This document shows positions 50,826 to 62,980 of a DNA stretch of 64,000 bases, piece after piece; within the stretch, counting starts at the first letter, position 1; each line of letters opens with the position of its first letter. Origin of the DNA: Callorhinchus milii. Its lineage: Eukaryota. A program made the translations under genes and the position numbers. The stretch lies in contig NW_024704743.1 in NCBI RefSeq assembly GCF_018977255.1, positions 9,302,001-9,366,000 of the forward strand. Direction: 5' to 3'. The notes beneath the pieces were generated by a model. The model had not been told where the DNA came from, searched no databases, and worked only from the letters and a program-made list of their open reading frames with translations.

Positions 50826-53356
50826 TACTCTTATAAGAGCTCAATAGGTCAGCAGGACACACAGCACGATGCAATGTTGAAATACACTTTGTGAATATTA
50901 TGTTTTGAACCCAATGCGGATGAAATGTTCTTTAGTTTAAAAAGTTCACCGGTACTACTTTGTAACTCAAGTGAAACATTTAACAAGTCTCAGGAGAGTC
51001 TTAAGATCAGAAGAAACTATATTCCTCTCACAGATTAATGAGTGTGTAGAACAGACAGCCAGCAAAACCAATTCATGCCATCTCATTTGATTCTTATGAA
51101 ACAAAAGTGCTGCATGGACTGAAGGTTCTCTGGATAAGAATAGGCAGAGATGATCCAATACTCTATGGAACGCAATAGGTCACATTTTCTGGGACCAAAG
51201 AAATACCACACCACTCGAGGCTGATGTTGAATAAGAGAGCAGTGTGAATAGATAGCACTGTGATTTGCTTGATTACTTAAGGTCACTGCCGCCACCACGC
51301 AAAGGAAGTGGCGCTACTTGCTCCACAGCATGCAGGAAGTGATGTCAGCAATGCTTCCTGGGCATAGGAATGTGAGGAAGGGATGGCAGGAGTGATCCAA
51401 CAACCCAGACGTCTGCTATTTTTTCACCCTTCACATACAACCTGGTCTCTGAGCTACCAGAGCAAGAAGGCTGCCACAATGATCTATTTAAGATAAAGTG
51501 ACTGGCTGGTTTGCAGATGAACCACACAAGCCAAGCACAATAATGGACTCAGCTTCTTTTAGATGCAACAGGAAGCATCAGTCAGACGTCCTTATCTTGC
51601 TCCTTGGCCAGAGCAACTTAAGTTGGCTGAGATCGAGATTGGGTTTGCCTATAAATGCCTTCACCCCCCCAATATCCTGTTGAAACTTGTCCACAATTCT
51701 ACATGAAACGTATCACTTGGCTGAGTTACTGGATGCCACGCAACTTCACCAAGTGTGTACTCTTTATATTGAAGTTTGGACAGCGAAGTCACAAAGCTAT
51801 TGCAGTGTGTGTGGGTGGGGGGGGAGAGACAGCCAAGAGCAATCCCGCTCCATTCTAGCAGTATTAGGCGCATATTTCTCTTGGCCAACAATTATCCAGA
51901 TAAAATTGGTCACTCATTTCATGGCTGTGGGTCTCACTCCAATGCTGCTTGTGGGACATTACTCTGCATAAAATTGGTTACTGTGGTCACCCACAAAACA
52001 CACAGTGACTGCACTTCACAGTAGATCCTGTGAAGTGCTTTGGGACATCCTCCTGATATGAAGATGCTATATCAAATGCAAGGATTTCTTAAAATTCACC
52101 AAATATTAGATTGTTCACCCAGTAACAGGGAAAGTAAGCTGGGCTTAGAACCTTGAGAGACAAGTTAGTTTTGATGTGTTGTTGCAGTAGAAATCCCCAT
52201 ATTACAAAAAAAAAGTTTTGTTTTTAAAGTCAAAAATGTGTATGTTAAATTTGGGCTCTTTTTAAAATTCAGTATCAAGTTAAATACCGGGGGAGGATAA
52301 ACGCAAAGCATAGGGTAAAAGATGATGAACAAGTGTCATCTTTCAAAGACTGATAGTACCATTTGATATTCCACCGAGCCAGTGTTAAATCCCAGTAAAG
52401 TCATGCTCATTTTCTCTTCGCTAAGTACTGTAACCAGGTCCCTAATGGCTTGGGAAGGTGCTGATGAACGGGGGACTGAGCATTTGAGTGAATTACCATT
52501 TCAATGCAAGCTAATCACAAGCCCTCAGACATCTCTTAGCCACATTATACTCTTCCAACTTTGACAGCTTGAGTAGGACAGGCTCAGCATAGTAAAAATA
52601 ATACAGGATGCAATAATAGCTCAAGCATTCTTTTAAAAAATAGTTAAAGCTTTTTAGATGCATATCTTCAGAATATAAATGGGCGTCCCTTTGGACTGGC
52701 GAGAGTGAAAAAGCTGTCCTTTTTCACAACGCCAGCCTTCACATGACACAAACACACTCTGCGGTGCTCTCGTTCCTGTTCACAATACTCAGAACTGTCA
52801 GTCACCACAATTAAAAAACAAAGACTCCCTCCCCAATCGGCGACAGGCTGAAAAGCTGACAAAACCATTTCACATGGGGCCCCATGGATTCTCAGCAAAA
52901 CCCGTCAACCTTCAGAAGGTAATCCACAAAGCAACCAGGAGTAAGCTGCAATGTTTCGTGACAAGTTCCCTTAAATGCACATGGTACTGCATTGAAAACA
53001 TCGGACCCCAGAATAAATAGTTGAACTGGTAGCTTTCTATAACCAGAAACAAAATATTTTCTACCTCTCCTTGTTTCTCCCCTCTATTCATGCACACATT
53101 CACGTGCACAGCAAAGAAAGCAACCCTCTCTCTTCTCATTTTTGTACAGATTTGTTTACAACAACTTGCATTTTTATAAAATTCTTTGTGTAGGATAATG
53201 TCTCGGAGAGCTTTAGGATGACTGGGGTGGACACTGAGGGGGAGAATACTATGGGTGCATTCAAAGAGATAAAGAGGGGTAGAGGTTCCAGAGGTCATGG
53301 GCATAGAATCCAAAAACCTTGTCTCGCTTTCAGTCATTTTCTAAATCATCTTCGAG

Positions 53357-53708
53357 GTTAGAGCACGTGCCTCGCAAGCGAGAGACCTCGGTTTGATTCC
53401 CAGCAGGGAGAAATGTTGGGCAAGTTTCCTTACTCCACATGCCTTTGTTTACCTAGCAGTAAGTGGGAACCCGATTGTTTGTCGATTGCGGGATCACTTT
53501 TCCGGGGGTAATAATTCCTTCAAAAAAACTAAATAAAAATTGATCACTTCAATCCATGACTGTTTGTGGGACACTGCTCTATGCAGTTGCCTGCTGCATT
53601 TCGCCCACAAAATATACAATCAATTCACTTTACAGTATATTCTGTAAAGCTTTGAGACATCTCGAAGACGTGATAAGGCGCTATATCAAATGCAAGGATT
53701 ATTATTAT
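53357..53708 (+). mobile_element. tRNA-SINE family A, near full length
   Basis: ggttagagcacgtgcctcgcaagcgagagacc...gcaaggattattattat. Confidence 0.88.
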
Positions 53709-54527
53709 CTCTCCACACTCCTCCGCTCCCATACCTGATCAACCACAGTGTACAGCAGTGAGTTCCACACTCTCATCACCTTCTTTGTGAAGAGGCTCTT
53801 TCTGAACTCCTTATTAGACTTGCTATTTATATTTTTGCTATTGATACATATTATACTTGTATTCTATTTATACATGAATACATACCCTCTAGTTATTGGC
53901 TAACCAGCAAGTGGAAACATCAACAGATTTGAAGATTATTACATTGAAATGGTTACTTGCAGCAGGACTTATAAAGTCTGGGTTATAAAGTCTTGTCTGA
54001 TTTAAACAAAGAATTAAGGGTGGCAGAATCACAGCCTAGCCCTCACTTCCAGCCGGTGCCTATTCCCCCCTTCTTACATAAAACCATTTCAAAGGCAGCC
54101 TCCACGTTACTCTCGCCATCATTGTTATATGCCAAGACTGGTAGAGGAACAGCTGGAGCCTCACAGAAATGTTTCAGAGGCACACAGTGCATTATTATAT
54201 TAGCTTCATCAAAGTGACAATTCACTTAACAGAATCTTCCAGGGTGCACGCATCAATTCTCAGACACGACAGCACAAGAGGGTTCACAGCACAGGCCACA
54301 GCGTACTGTTCAGTCTGAAACAGGGCATTCTCCTTAATGAGCAAACCCATGGCACATGATCACAACCAATTCATAATAGGAAGACTAGCGCATCGAGTCG
54401 TGCATTTGCTTGGGATGGTAAGAAAGATTTACACTTTTGTAAGGGAAAAAAAACAATGTTAAAAACAGTGACATTCTGAGAAGCAGAAACCCTGTGAGAA
54501 ATCCCTTCAGGACTAGCTTTTGACTTG

Positions 54528-54925
54528 CATCAGCTTGGCTCAGTTGGCAGTGCTCAACACTCAAGAGTCAGGAGGCTGTGGGGCCAAGACCCACATCGAG
54601 ACTTGAGTTAATAATCTAGGCCGATACACCAATACTGGAGCAGCTGTGATGGTCAGCTGTGTCCTTTCGATGGGATGTTAAACCTGGGGTCCTGTCTACC
54701 TGCTCAGAGATCGCTTGGCAAAACTTGAAAAGAGAAAGGAGTTTCTCCCCTTGTCCTGACCAACAATCCTCTGGCAAAAATTGATCATTCACCTCAAAGA
54801 TGTTTGTGGGCACTGAGGCACGCAAAATACCATTTTTGGGTATGGAGACATAATCCTCACAATGACCTGTACGGTGTACAATCAGTTGAAGCACTTCGAG
54901 CCTTCCGTTGGGAGGATATGACAAA
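54528..54925 (+). mobile_element. Deu-core SINE
   Basis: tcagcttggctcagttggcagtgctc...gatgttaaacctggggtcctgtctacctgctcag. Confidence 0.8.
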
Positions 54926-55179
54926 ACACTTCACAGAATATTGTAAAGTGGCGTGACTGTGTTTTGTGGGGAAGAATCATCAACACTATATCACATGTAA
55001 TAAATCATGAGAACCAAGAGCATTGGAAACAAGGTGGTGAAATGGGGGAGACAAAGAAGAGAAAGTTAATTCCTTCACCAATTAACCGAGCTGGTAACTC
55101 AAAGGTAGGTGAACTCCTTCCCTCCCACCCCCAAGCTAACTCAGCATAGACCAGGATTTGACCTTTGTCGCCTTCCATA

Positions 55180-55457
55180 TGATCAGGTGCCCAGCTGTTA
55201 GAATACTATCATTGGCTTCAGTGCCCCCTGGGTTTGGGAGAGGAAAACATCAGCCAGGGTTTCTACTCCTGACAGCTGCCCAGAGATTCTGATTGAGTGT
55301 TATGCAGGTGAATGTAAGATCGCTGTGTTTCACTTAGAGACAATTAACCTAACAACACTCGCTGTCGTGGCTCATAAATGATTAATCGACATTTGGGTGA
55401 GGTACTGAAGGGCAGCAGAGGAGAGAACACCTTCAGGAGAGGAAGGGAGAAATTTGG
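55180..55457 (+). mobile_element. Ancient SINE relic (AmnSINE2-like, name tentative)
   Basis: attggcttcagtgccccctgggtttgggagaggaaaacatcagccagggtttctactcctga resembles a recalled ancient vertebrate SINE core. Related relics at about 21710, 28600, 56885 and 60800. Confidence 0.5.
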
Positions 55458-55662
55458 CAGAGAAAGGCAACAAGAACCATGAACCCCTGAAAACCTACAT
55501 CATGAAACTAGCTCCCAATCTGTTTTTGGCCCTTTCTGATCTCCTGAAGATGTTATGCACCTTTTCTTCATGTGAGAACCCATTGGCTAATTACAATCTC
55601 AACCTGCTAACAAGACCAGTTACATTACACGATAGGTTACAGGACACAGTGACGTCTTCCTT

Positions 55663-55971
55663 ATAATAATAATAATAATCCTTGCATTTTTTGATATAGT
55701 GCTTTTCACGTCGGGAGGACGTCCCAAAGCGCTTCACAGAACACACTGTAAAGTGAATTGACTGTATATTTGTGGGCGAACGCGGCAGCCAATTGCGCAC
55801 AGCAATGTCCCACAAACAGTCATATGACCAATTTAATTATTGTTTTTTGGAGGGATTATTATTAGGCATGTGGAGTAAGGAAACTTGCCCAAGGTTTCGC
55901 CCTGTCTGGAATTGAACTCAGGTCTCTCACTTACAAAGCGAGTGCTCTAACCACTGAGCTACAGGACTCCA
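55663..55971 (-). mobile_element. tRNA-SINE family A, young full-length copy
   Basis: Near-identical to 37440-37762. Confidence 0.9.
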
Positions 55972-56135
55972 TGACATGAAAAGCATAATATAAATGTAAA
56001 TTGTATTGTACTGTAATCCACACACACATGTGATCTACAGATAATTCACATCTTTCTGCACTTTGTGCGCAGCAAAGACTGCTTTCTATGCCCAGAACCA
56101 GCAGAGACCTCATTTTGTCCATCTCTCAAGCAGAA

Positions 56136-56858
56136 CTACAACAAGGTACAACAAGATTACATTTGTATTGCGCCTTTCACGTCGGGAGGATGTCCCAAGA
56201 CGCTGAACAGTGTACAGCATTTCAGACCTGAGCTGGAGTCAGGGGAGGAGAAAGGGGGTGGCCGATGGCATCGTCGAAGAGGAGGGTCTTGAGGCGGGAC
56301 TTGAAGGAGGTTAGGGAGAGGGCGAGGCAGAGTGACTGGGGGATGGAATTCCAGAGGTTGGGGGCAGAGTGACTGAAGGCTCTCCTGCCAATGGTGGGAC
56401 GTGAGCCGGTTGAGCGGAGGGAGCGGGTGGGTTGGTAGGGTGTTAGGAAGTCGCAGAGGTAGGGTGGGGCGAGGCCATGGAGGGCTTTGTATGTGAGGAA
56501 CAGGGTCTTGAACTGGATCTTCTGAAGTATAGGGAGCCAATGGAGTCGGTGAGAATGGAGGAGATGCGGTCGTGGAGTTTGGTGCAGGAGAGGGCTCGGG
56601 CTGCAGAGTTCTGGATTATCTGCAGCCTGTGGAAGGAAGAGTTGGGAAGGCCGACAAGCAGGGGTGAGGTAGTGGCAGAGTCGGACAATGTTACGGAGGT
56701 GAGGGAAGGCAGAGCGGGTCATGGCTTGGATGTGGGGAAGAAAAGACAGTTGAGGGTTGAACGACTGGCTTGGTAAGTTGTAGTGTGCAACCATGGAGGT
56801 TGATGTTGCCAGACCCTGAGGTGCAGAGGCACTGGCGCGAGCCAATCAGGAGGGCCTC
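56136..56858 (-). mobile_element. L2 LINE 3' fragment
   Basis: LHWLPILQKIQFKTLFLTYKALHGLAPPYLCDFL...AFSHSAPNLWNSIP...FKSRLKTLLF. Same subfamily as 7526-8800. Confidence 0.92.
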
Positions 56859-57773
56859 ACTAGAGAACTAAATGAGAACCCAGACAGCTCAGTTGATAAA
56901 CCTCTGCATGAAACGGGGTCATTCAGATCCACAGGTATCGATTCAATCTGCTCTCTGTGCTTAATTAGTTGATATCAGTCAGAACAGTATTTTGGCTCCT
57001 ACAATTGACCACAGCTGGCCACTGTTGAATCTTCTGCCAGTGAGAACTTCCTATCCCAGGTTCACACCTGAGAAGGCACTTGGATGCGGCAAATGAATGA
57101 AGAAAAAGTCTGAAATATTACAGTAGCCTGAGCGACCCTGTTATTAAGCATCTCATTAAAGCCCGAGTTTGATTGGAACGTGGGTCTCCTATGGACCTGT
57201 GGTTACTAGCAGCAAAATACAATTTCTGCTTCCAGCACAGATCACCTGGCTTCCAACACGCATGTACCAGAAGCCAGAGGTGACATCAGAAGTGACCACC
57301 AGACTATGTTTTATACACCCATACTAACACAGGGTCTACATTTTTGGATCCGAAACACCTTAAAAAGAGCTAGACAGATATTTGTGTAGTATAGGTATAA
57401 AGGGGTATAGTGAAATGGTATGACATTCGGATTAAAAGATCTGCCAATAATTCAGTAATTAAACTCATCTAATTGAGCAGCAATGAGTTGTATGGACCGC
57501 ACACTCAACTCCTGATTTTAACACTTTCCCATCTCCGTGCCTGAGCTGCTAAGATAGTTATTCTGGCCCACACACATTTTTTTAAAAAAACTAAATCCAT
57601 CCTCTGACCACAAGAGCAAAATTCAGATCAGAAGAGAAAGTTATGTCTCAAGCCCAATGTTGGGTTTACAGCTCATGGTAAAAGCTGAAAATCCAGTGCA
57701 TTACGAGGGGGAGTGTGAGGTGAGATGTCAAACTGAGCACAAGTCTACCTGTCCATCTTTGCCAACATATAAT

Positions 57774-58205
57774 CAGCAGTGTCCCTCAAACTGACATGGA
57801 TTGAATGACCAAATTATTATTATTTTATTTATTTTTTGAAGAGTTTATTACCCCAGGAAATGGGATCCACCAATCGACTATCAGTTGGCATCCTACTTAC
57901 TGCTAGGTAAACTGAGACGTGTGCAATAAAGAAACTTGCCTAAGGTTTTGCCCTATCCAGGAATCAAACCCGGGTCCTTTCACTTTTTCGGGGTAATAAT
58001 TCCATCAAAACAAAATTTTAAAAAATAATAAATTGGTCACTCAATCCACAATTGTTTGTGGGACACTGCTGTGCGTAATTGGCTGCTGGATTTTGCCCAC
58101 AAAAAAATCAGTCAGTCAATTCACTTTACAGTATATTCTGTGAAGCCCTTTGAGACTCTTGAAGACGTGATAAGGCGCTATATTAAATACAAAGATTATT
58201 ATTAA
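57774..58205. mobile_element. Two abutting, oppositely oriented SINE family A segments
   Basis: Minus-strand head/body 57774-57983 joined to plus-strand body/tail 57984-58205. Confidence 0.8.
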
Positions 58206-58769
58206 TATGAACAATTTGTTGATGCAGCAAATGCAGAATGTTAAAGGCTTACCTGGGAAGCCGAGCAACATCAAGTGGCCAAAGCAACAAAGAAATTTAA
58301 CGGATGATGATAATTGCAAATGAGGCCTTTAATTGCAAAAGAGGCATTTAACAACAAGAGCCTTTCTGAACACCTGTAAAATCAAGCTGAAGATGAGCAG
58401 AATGCTCCTCGAGTGTGAAAATTGGACCTCAAAAACTGAAGTGAAGATTGGAGATATCTGAGCTGCATGTTGCAGATCTATCTTCGAATTAGATCAACAA
58501 GTAGGAGAGTCCTTGAATTAGCTCAAGAAATATTAACGCTGATCATGATGAGAAAACTTTGCTTGTGCAGTGACCAGTTCAGCGCTGTGTTGTGAGATGC
58601 CTGCAAAAAGAACACCTCCGCAGTTTAATTTGTTTTTCTGCCCATTTGCCACAGGCATTGGATTCAAACTCCACCAGTGCACTCAATTACATGACCTGTG
58701 GTGGATGAGTTTGAATCCTGCCTCTGCTGCCAACCAGCCCTTTGCAAATGAGTTCGACCAGCAGCGAGC

Positions 58770-58980
58770 AAACTTTAATAGGTTGTTTCCACTTGCTGGT
58801 GAGTCCAAAACAATGGGATGTAAACAGCTAGTCATAAAAGGGAGGTTAGGAGCAACTTCCTTACCCAGACATGTGGAAGAATGTGGAATTCACTGCGAGA
58901 AGCTGCGATTGAATCAGAAAATATCAATATATTTGAGAAGAAATGGGATGCATGTATGAGAGAGGAGGGAATAGAAGCGT
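58770..58980 (+). mobile_element. CR1 3' fragment, diverged
   Basis: tgtttccacttgctggtgagtccaaaacaatggg...gaatgtggaattcactg. Confidence 0.65.
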
Positions 58981-59089
58981 GTGGGACAGATGCAAAATTG
59001 CATTTACGCAGTCTTTTGGCTGGAAAATATATTGCAGTGGGACGGATATTGGCAACTGCTTGTCAGATGCCTTCAATCAGCGCTTCTTT

Positions 59090-59440
59090 CAACAACAACA
59101 ACTTGCATTTATATAGCGCCAGATAGCGTCCCGGAGTGCTTAACAGTGGCAGAGTCTGACCCCTAGCCAGGGAGAGAGGGAGGTGGCTGTAAGCACGATC
59201 AAAAAGGAAGGTCTATAGGCGGGATTTGAAAGTGGGGAGGCAAGGTGAAGGGGTTGGGGGAGAGAGTTTCAGAGCTTTGTGGCGTAGTGACTGAAAGCCC
59301 AGCTTCCAATGGTGGAGCGGAGGTGGGAGGGTCAAACAAGAGGCCGGAACCGATCAGGCGGAGGCACCGGATGGTGGAGTGGGGGGTGAGCAAGCCAGAG
59401 AGGTAGGGAGGTGCGAGGGCATGAACGGATTTCGATCTCT
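59090..59440 (-). mobile_element. L2 3' fragment
   Basis: (caa)n cttgcatttatatagcgcc tail; ORF reads HALAPPYLSGLL. Confidence 0.82.
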
Positions 59441-59924
59441 GGGAACATGATATAAATGCACCAATGTGACTGTGCACCTGCCCTGGCAGAAGCAGCAGTC
59501 CCTTCATTGATGCTACGCCTTAATACTAAAATGCAAGTGCAGCATTAGTCACACGCGAGTCATCCAGTCAACTTTGCTTATCGCTCCTCACAGCTTACTG
59601 TGACGAGACATTCCCCATCTTCCTCAGAAAAAAAATGTTTAATAAGATTAGATACCGCTCAGATTGCAATTAAAACATCAAAATACTTTGACTGAAGCCA
59701 GAGACAGAAATATCTTGGGCATCTGTAAATAGTTCAAACTCTAATGAGCAACCCAAATGAAACAAGTAATTTACACCCACTTACACCTAACTGTTTCTGA
59801 GTTACTGGGTTCTGCACATTGCAAGAAATAAACACCTTCAGGGCAAACCTTCCAATTTAAAAAGAACTGTTATCGGAAAATTACTCATTTTTATATTTAA
59901 AAAATATTTTGCAATAAACTCAAA

Positions 59925-60210
59925 GTAAATAATTCTTATATTTGATATAGCCCCTTTAACGTAGGGAGGACATCTCAAAGCTTTTCACGAACATAGCAAC
60001 ATCAACGCTGTGCATCAGTGCATCATCGCCACTTCTCCCTCCACATCAAGAAACAGGAACACAACAAAAACCCGCAAATAGCCATAAAGTGAATGAGCAA
60101 TTTATTTTGGGGATGGTTGGCAGGAACGGGTGAAGAAACTCCCTTCAATTTCAAATAGTGCCACAGGATCTTTAACGTCCACCTGAACAGGCAGCAGAAA
60201 CCTCAGCTTT
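59925..60210 (-). mobile_element. Deu-core SINE fragment with an internal foreign segment
   Basis: aatagtgccacaggatctttaacgtccacctgaacaggcag core. Confidence 0.75.
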
Positions 60211-61019
60211 GTAGAATTGTCTGCAGCATCTGAGCTGCGGTCTCCTCTCCCATTGCAGACAGTACACAGACGGTGAATACATGAAGCAGATCCCTACAAT
60301 CAAGGGTGTTAATTGTGCACAAAAGGAGTGAAGGCCAGAGTTTCAGGAGAATAGAGCAGAGCTGACAGCACCAGCAGCAAGGCCGTTCTTTGCCAGGCTC
60401 CCAGTCATCCTGGCTATTGCCATCAAACTAATGTGAGAGATCTAAAGATTTCCTTTCCTCACCTCCAGAGGGGAGAAGTGGGGAAGATCCATTGATGCAC
60501 AGCGTTGATTAACTCCTTCAAAGAAGAATTGGATATCTGTCTTCTTTGGAGAGGTTACAAGGCCACGTGCAGATTGATGACGCTTTTATGTTATGAATCC
60601 TGGAGAGGTGTCGAGAGACCAGCTCTCCTTTCTCATTTGAAGGCTTCAAATCTGTGCTTTATGGGATAGGTACATTTCGCCCACAAATCACAGTCACTGC
60701 ACTTTACAGTATATTCTGTGAAGCGCTTTGAGACATCTCAAAGACGTGATAAGGCACTGTATCAAATGCAAGGATTATTATAATTATTATGTGAGCTGGG
60801 AGAGGAGGATTGACCACTTGGGCTGCCAAATCATCACCCAGTACCCCTCAAAGGTCAGGAGCAGGAATCACACCCACTCCCTTGTCTGAGACCCAAACAT
60901 CTCAGCTGAGATAAATCTAATATCATTTCTATTAGTTAGTGTGTTGGTACCAATACAGTGTTGCAGACACGCTTGAAGTAAATGATTTTAATGTTCTGCT
61001 AAGATGCTTCCTTTGGAAA

Positions 61020-61245
61020 ACTTTAATCTTGCTACTGCAAATGTCTCCCACCACGTTGCCCACTCTTTTGCTCACCTTCTTCATTCAGCTACCATCTCAC
61101 CCCTTCTCTGTCTAAAGTTCTGCCTTAAAATCTACTTTTCGACTGTGTCTATGGTCACCTCCCACTTGCTCAGTGTCTGTTCAGCCACTATAAAACGCTG
61201 CGAGATACGTGAAGGGTGCTATATAAATGCAAGTTGCTGGTGTTG
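61020..61245 (+). mobile_element. L2 3' fragment
   Basis: Ends cgtgaagggtgctatataaatgcaagttgctggtgttg. Confidence 0.65.
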
Positions 61246-61264
61246 GGGCTGTTCAATTGCCCAT

Positions 61265-61580
61265 TGGCAAGTGAGAGATACCGGATTCAATTACCAGATG
61301 GGGCAAATCCTTAGGCAAGTTTCCTTACTTCACATGTCTCTGTTTATCTAGCATTAAGTAGGAACCCAGTTCTTAGTTGATTGGCGGATCAGTTTCCGGG
61401 AGTAATAATCTCTCAAAAAATATTTGGTCACTCAAAGACTGTTTGTGGGACACTGCTTTGCCCAATTGGCTGTCGTGTTTCACCCACAAAATGTATAGTG
61501 TATTCACTTTACAATATATTCTGTGAAGCGCTTTGAGATGTCTCAATTATGTGAAAGGTGTTATGTCAAATTATTATATT
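61265..61580 (+). mobile_element. tRNA-SINE family A, diverged
   Basis: ggcaagtttccttacttcacatgtctctgtttatctagc body followed by the tail. Confidence 0.8.
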
Positions 61581-62124
61581 ATTGTTATATTCTCCATTAT
61601 ATCAAACGTTTTGTGCTTGATGTTTGCTTTTCCCGATGTTGGTAACAGCTGACAGAATCAAACAGTATTGCCCCATTGTACAAAGCAAGCACAAGAATTG
61701 AGTGCACGTGACCAAACTAATTCAGTTTTAAAGAATCATTTGGAACTATCTGGGGGTGAATCAGTCGGCAATGGATTTTAGTTTCCGCAGGCACAATATG
61801 GTATTCAAAAGAAGTGCACTGCTACTGCTGGAATTAGCAACAAATTACAGCAATTGTAGCAATTTTACATCTTTTCCTGGCACAATTGATAGTCATCTGC
61901 CCTGGAATGGCACACTGTAATAATGTCCATAATGGTTGAATTAAGCTGTCACGAGCGTGAGTTTATACAATCCTAATGGCACAAGGATTAGGATCATGTA
62001 ACATCAGGCAAAATGTGTCCAAGAGAATAATGCTGCAAAGTACGTCCAGCAAAGGGAGAGATTTCAGAATGAATTGGTAAAAATACTGATTAACAGCAAG
62101 GTTTTTATTTCCCAAGATCGCTAA

Positions 62125-62545
62125 GTGCCAGCCTGTCGGTGGAACTCTCGCCTCAGAGTTCGAAGGTTGTGGATTCGATCCCCGTATCGGGACTTTGATC
62201 TCATAGCCTGGGGGGATGCCACTCGAGTGCAGTTGCACTGTGGGAGATGATGTACTTTGAACAAGATGTTAAACTGAGGTCAAATCTGCCCGTTCATGTG
62301 GATGTTAAAGATCTTATGGCACTATATGAAAAGGTAAGGGTGTTGGCCCAGTATCTGGGCCAACAATCCCCGAGATAAAATTGGTCATTCACTTTATAGC
62401 CGTTTGCAGGACATTGCGCTGTGTAAATTGGCTGCCAATTTTGCCTATAAAATACGCAGTCTACACTTTACAGTATATCCTATGAAGCACTTAGAGATGT
62501 CTTTCCAATTTGGAAAGCTTCATATCAAATGCCAGGATTATTATT
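62125..62545 (+). mobile_element. Deu-core SINE, near full length
   Basis: ctctcgcctcagagttcgaaggttgtggattcgatcccc head; gatgttaaactgaggtc...gatgttaaagatcttatggcact core. Confidence 0.85.
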
Positions 62546-62559
62546 TTGGAGAATGCAGA

Positions 62560-62980
62560 AGCTCTTTTTAACCCATTTGAACTGTTCCTTTTTGAATACC
62601 CACACTACCATCAACCCATCAGAGCATCAAGCTATTTCTTAAGTAGTCCTGGCCTCTACTACTATTTCCTACCACTTGTTCCAGCTACCAATTATTCTTT
62701 GCATCATTAATTACTTCATGTTGTCACTATCCCTCCTTAAACGTTGAACCTTTGCCTCTTTGTCCTATTGTCTTATCATATCTGAAAGCATTGCTCTGAG
62801 TTTACTTGTTCAATCCCATTTAGTATCTTTTTAGCAACTCTGTAAGGGTTGCCCTCGGAGATGTCCCTTTTCAAGGTTGATGAATTCTGGCTCATCCAGT
62901 CATTCCTCATCAGTCATCCCTCTAATCACTGGAGATCATCCTTGTTGCTCACCTTTGCAGAGCCTTAAGGGGCTGCATTT
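62560..62980 (-). mobile_element. CR1 fragment, diverged
   Basis: Reverse-complement CR1-like 3' region (ccttttcaaggttga...ctcatccagtcattcctcat). Confidence 0.55.

Noticed and set aside
52668..52898. Minus-strand ORF containing SAFQP, as in PARD3 exon 3 (NVSAFQPYQ)
   Set aside because: Only five residues match. The flanks lack LVAVFDEQDP and SEIEVTPS, and no fitting splice sites were seen.
55220..55236. CTCF-like CCAGGGGGCAC (weaker ones at about 38140 and 43860)
   Set aside because: Partial matches only, and this one lies inside an ancient SINE relic.
56222..56845. Longest ORF in the track (207 aa)
   Set aside because: Truncated, internally deleted L2 ORF2 remnant; not a host gene.
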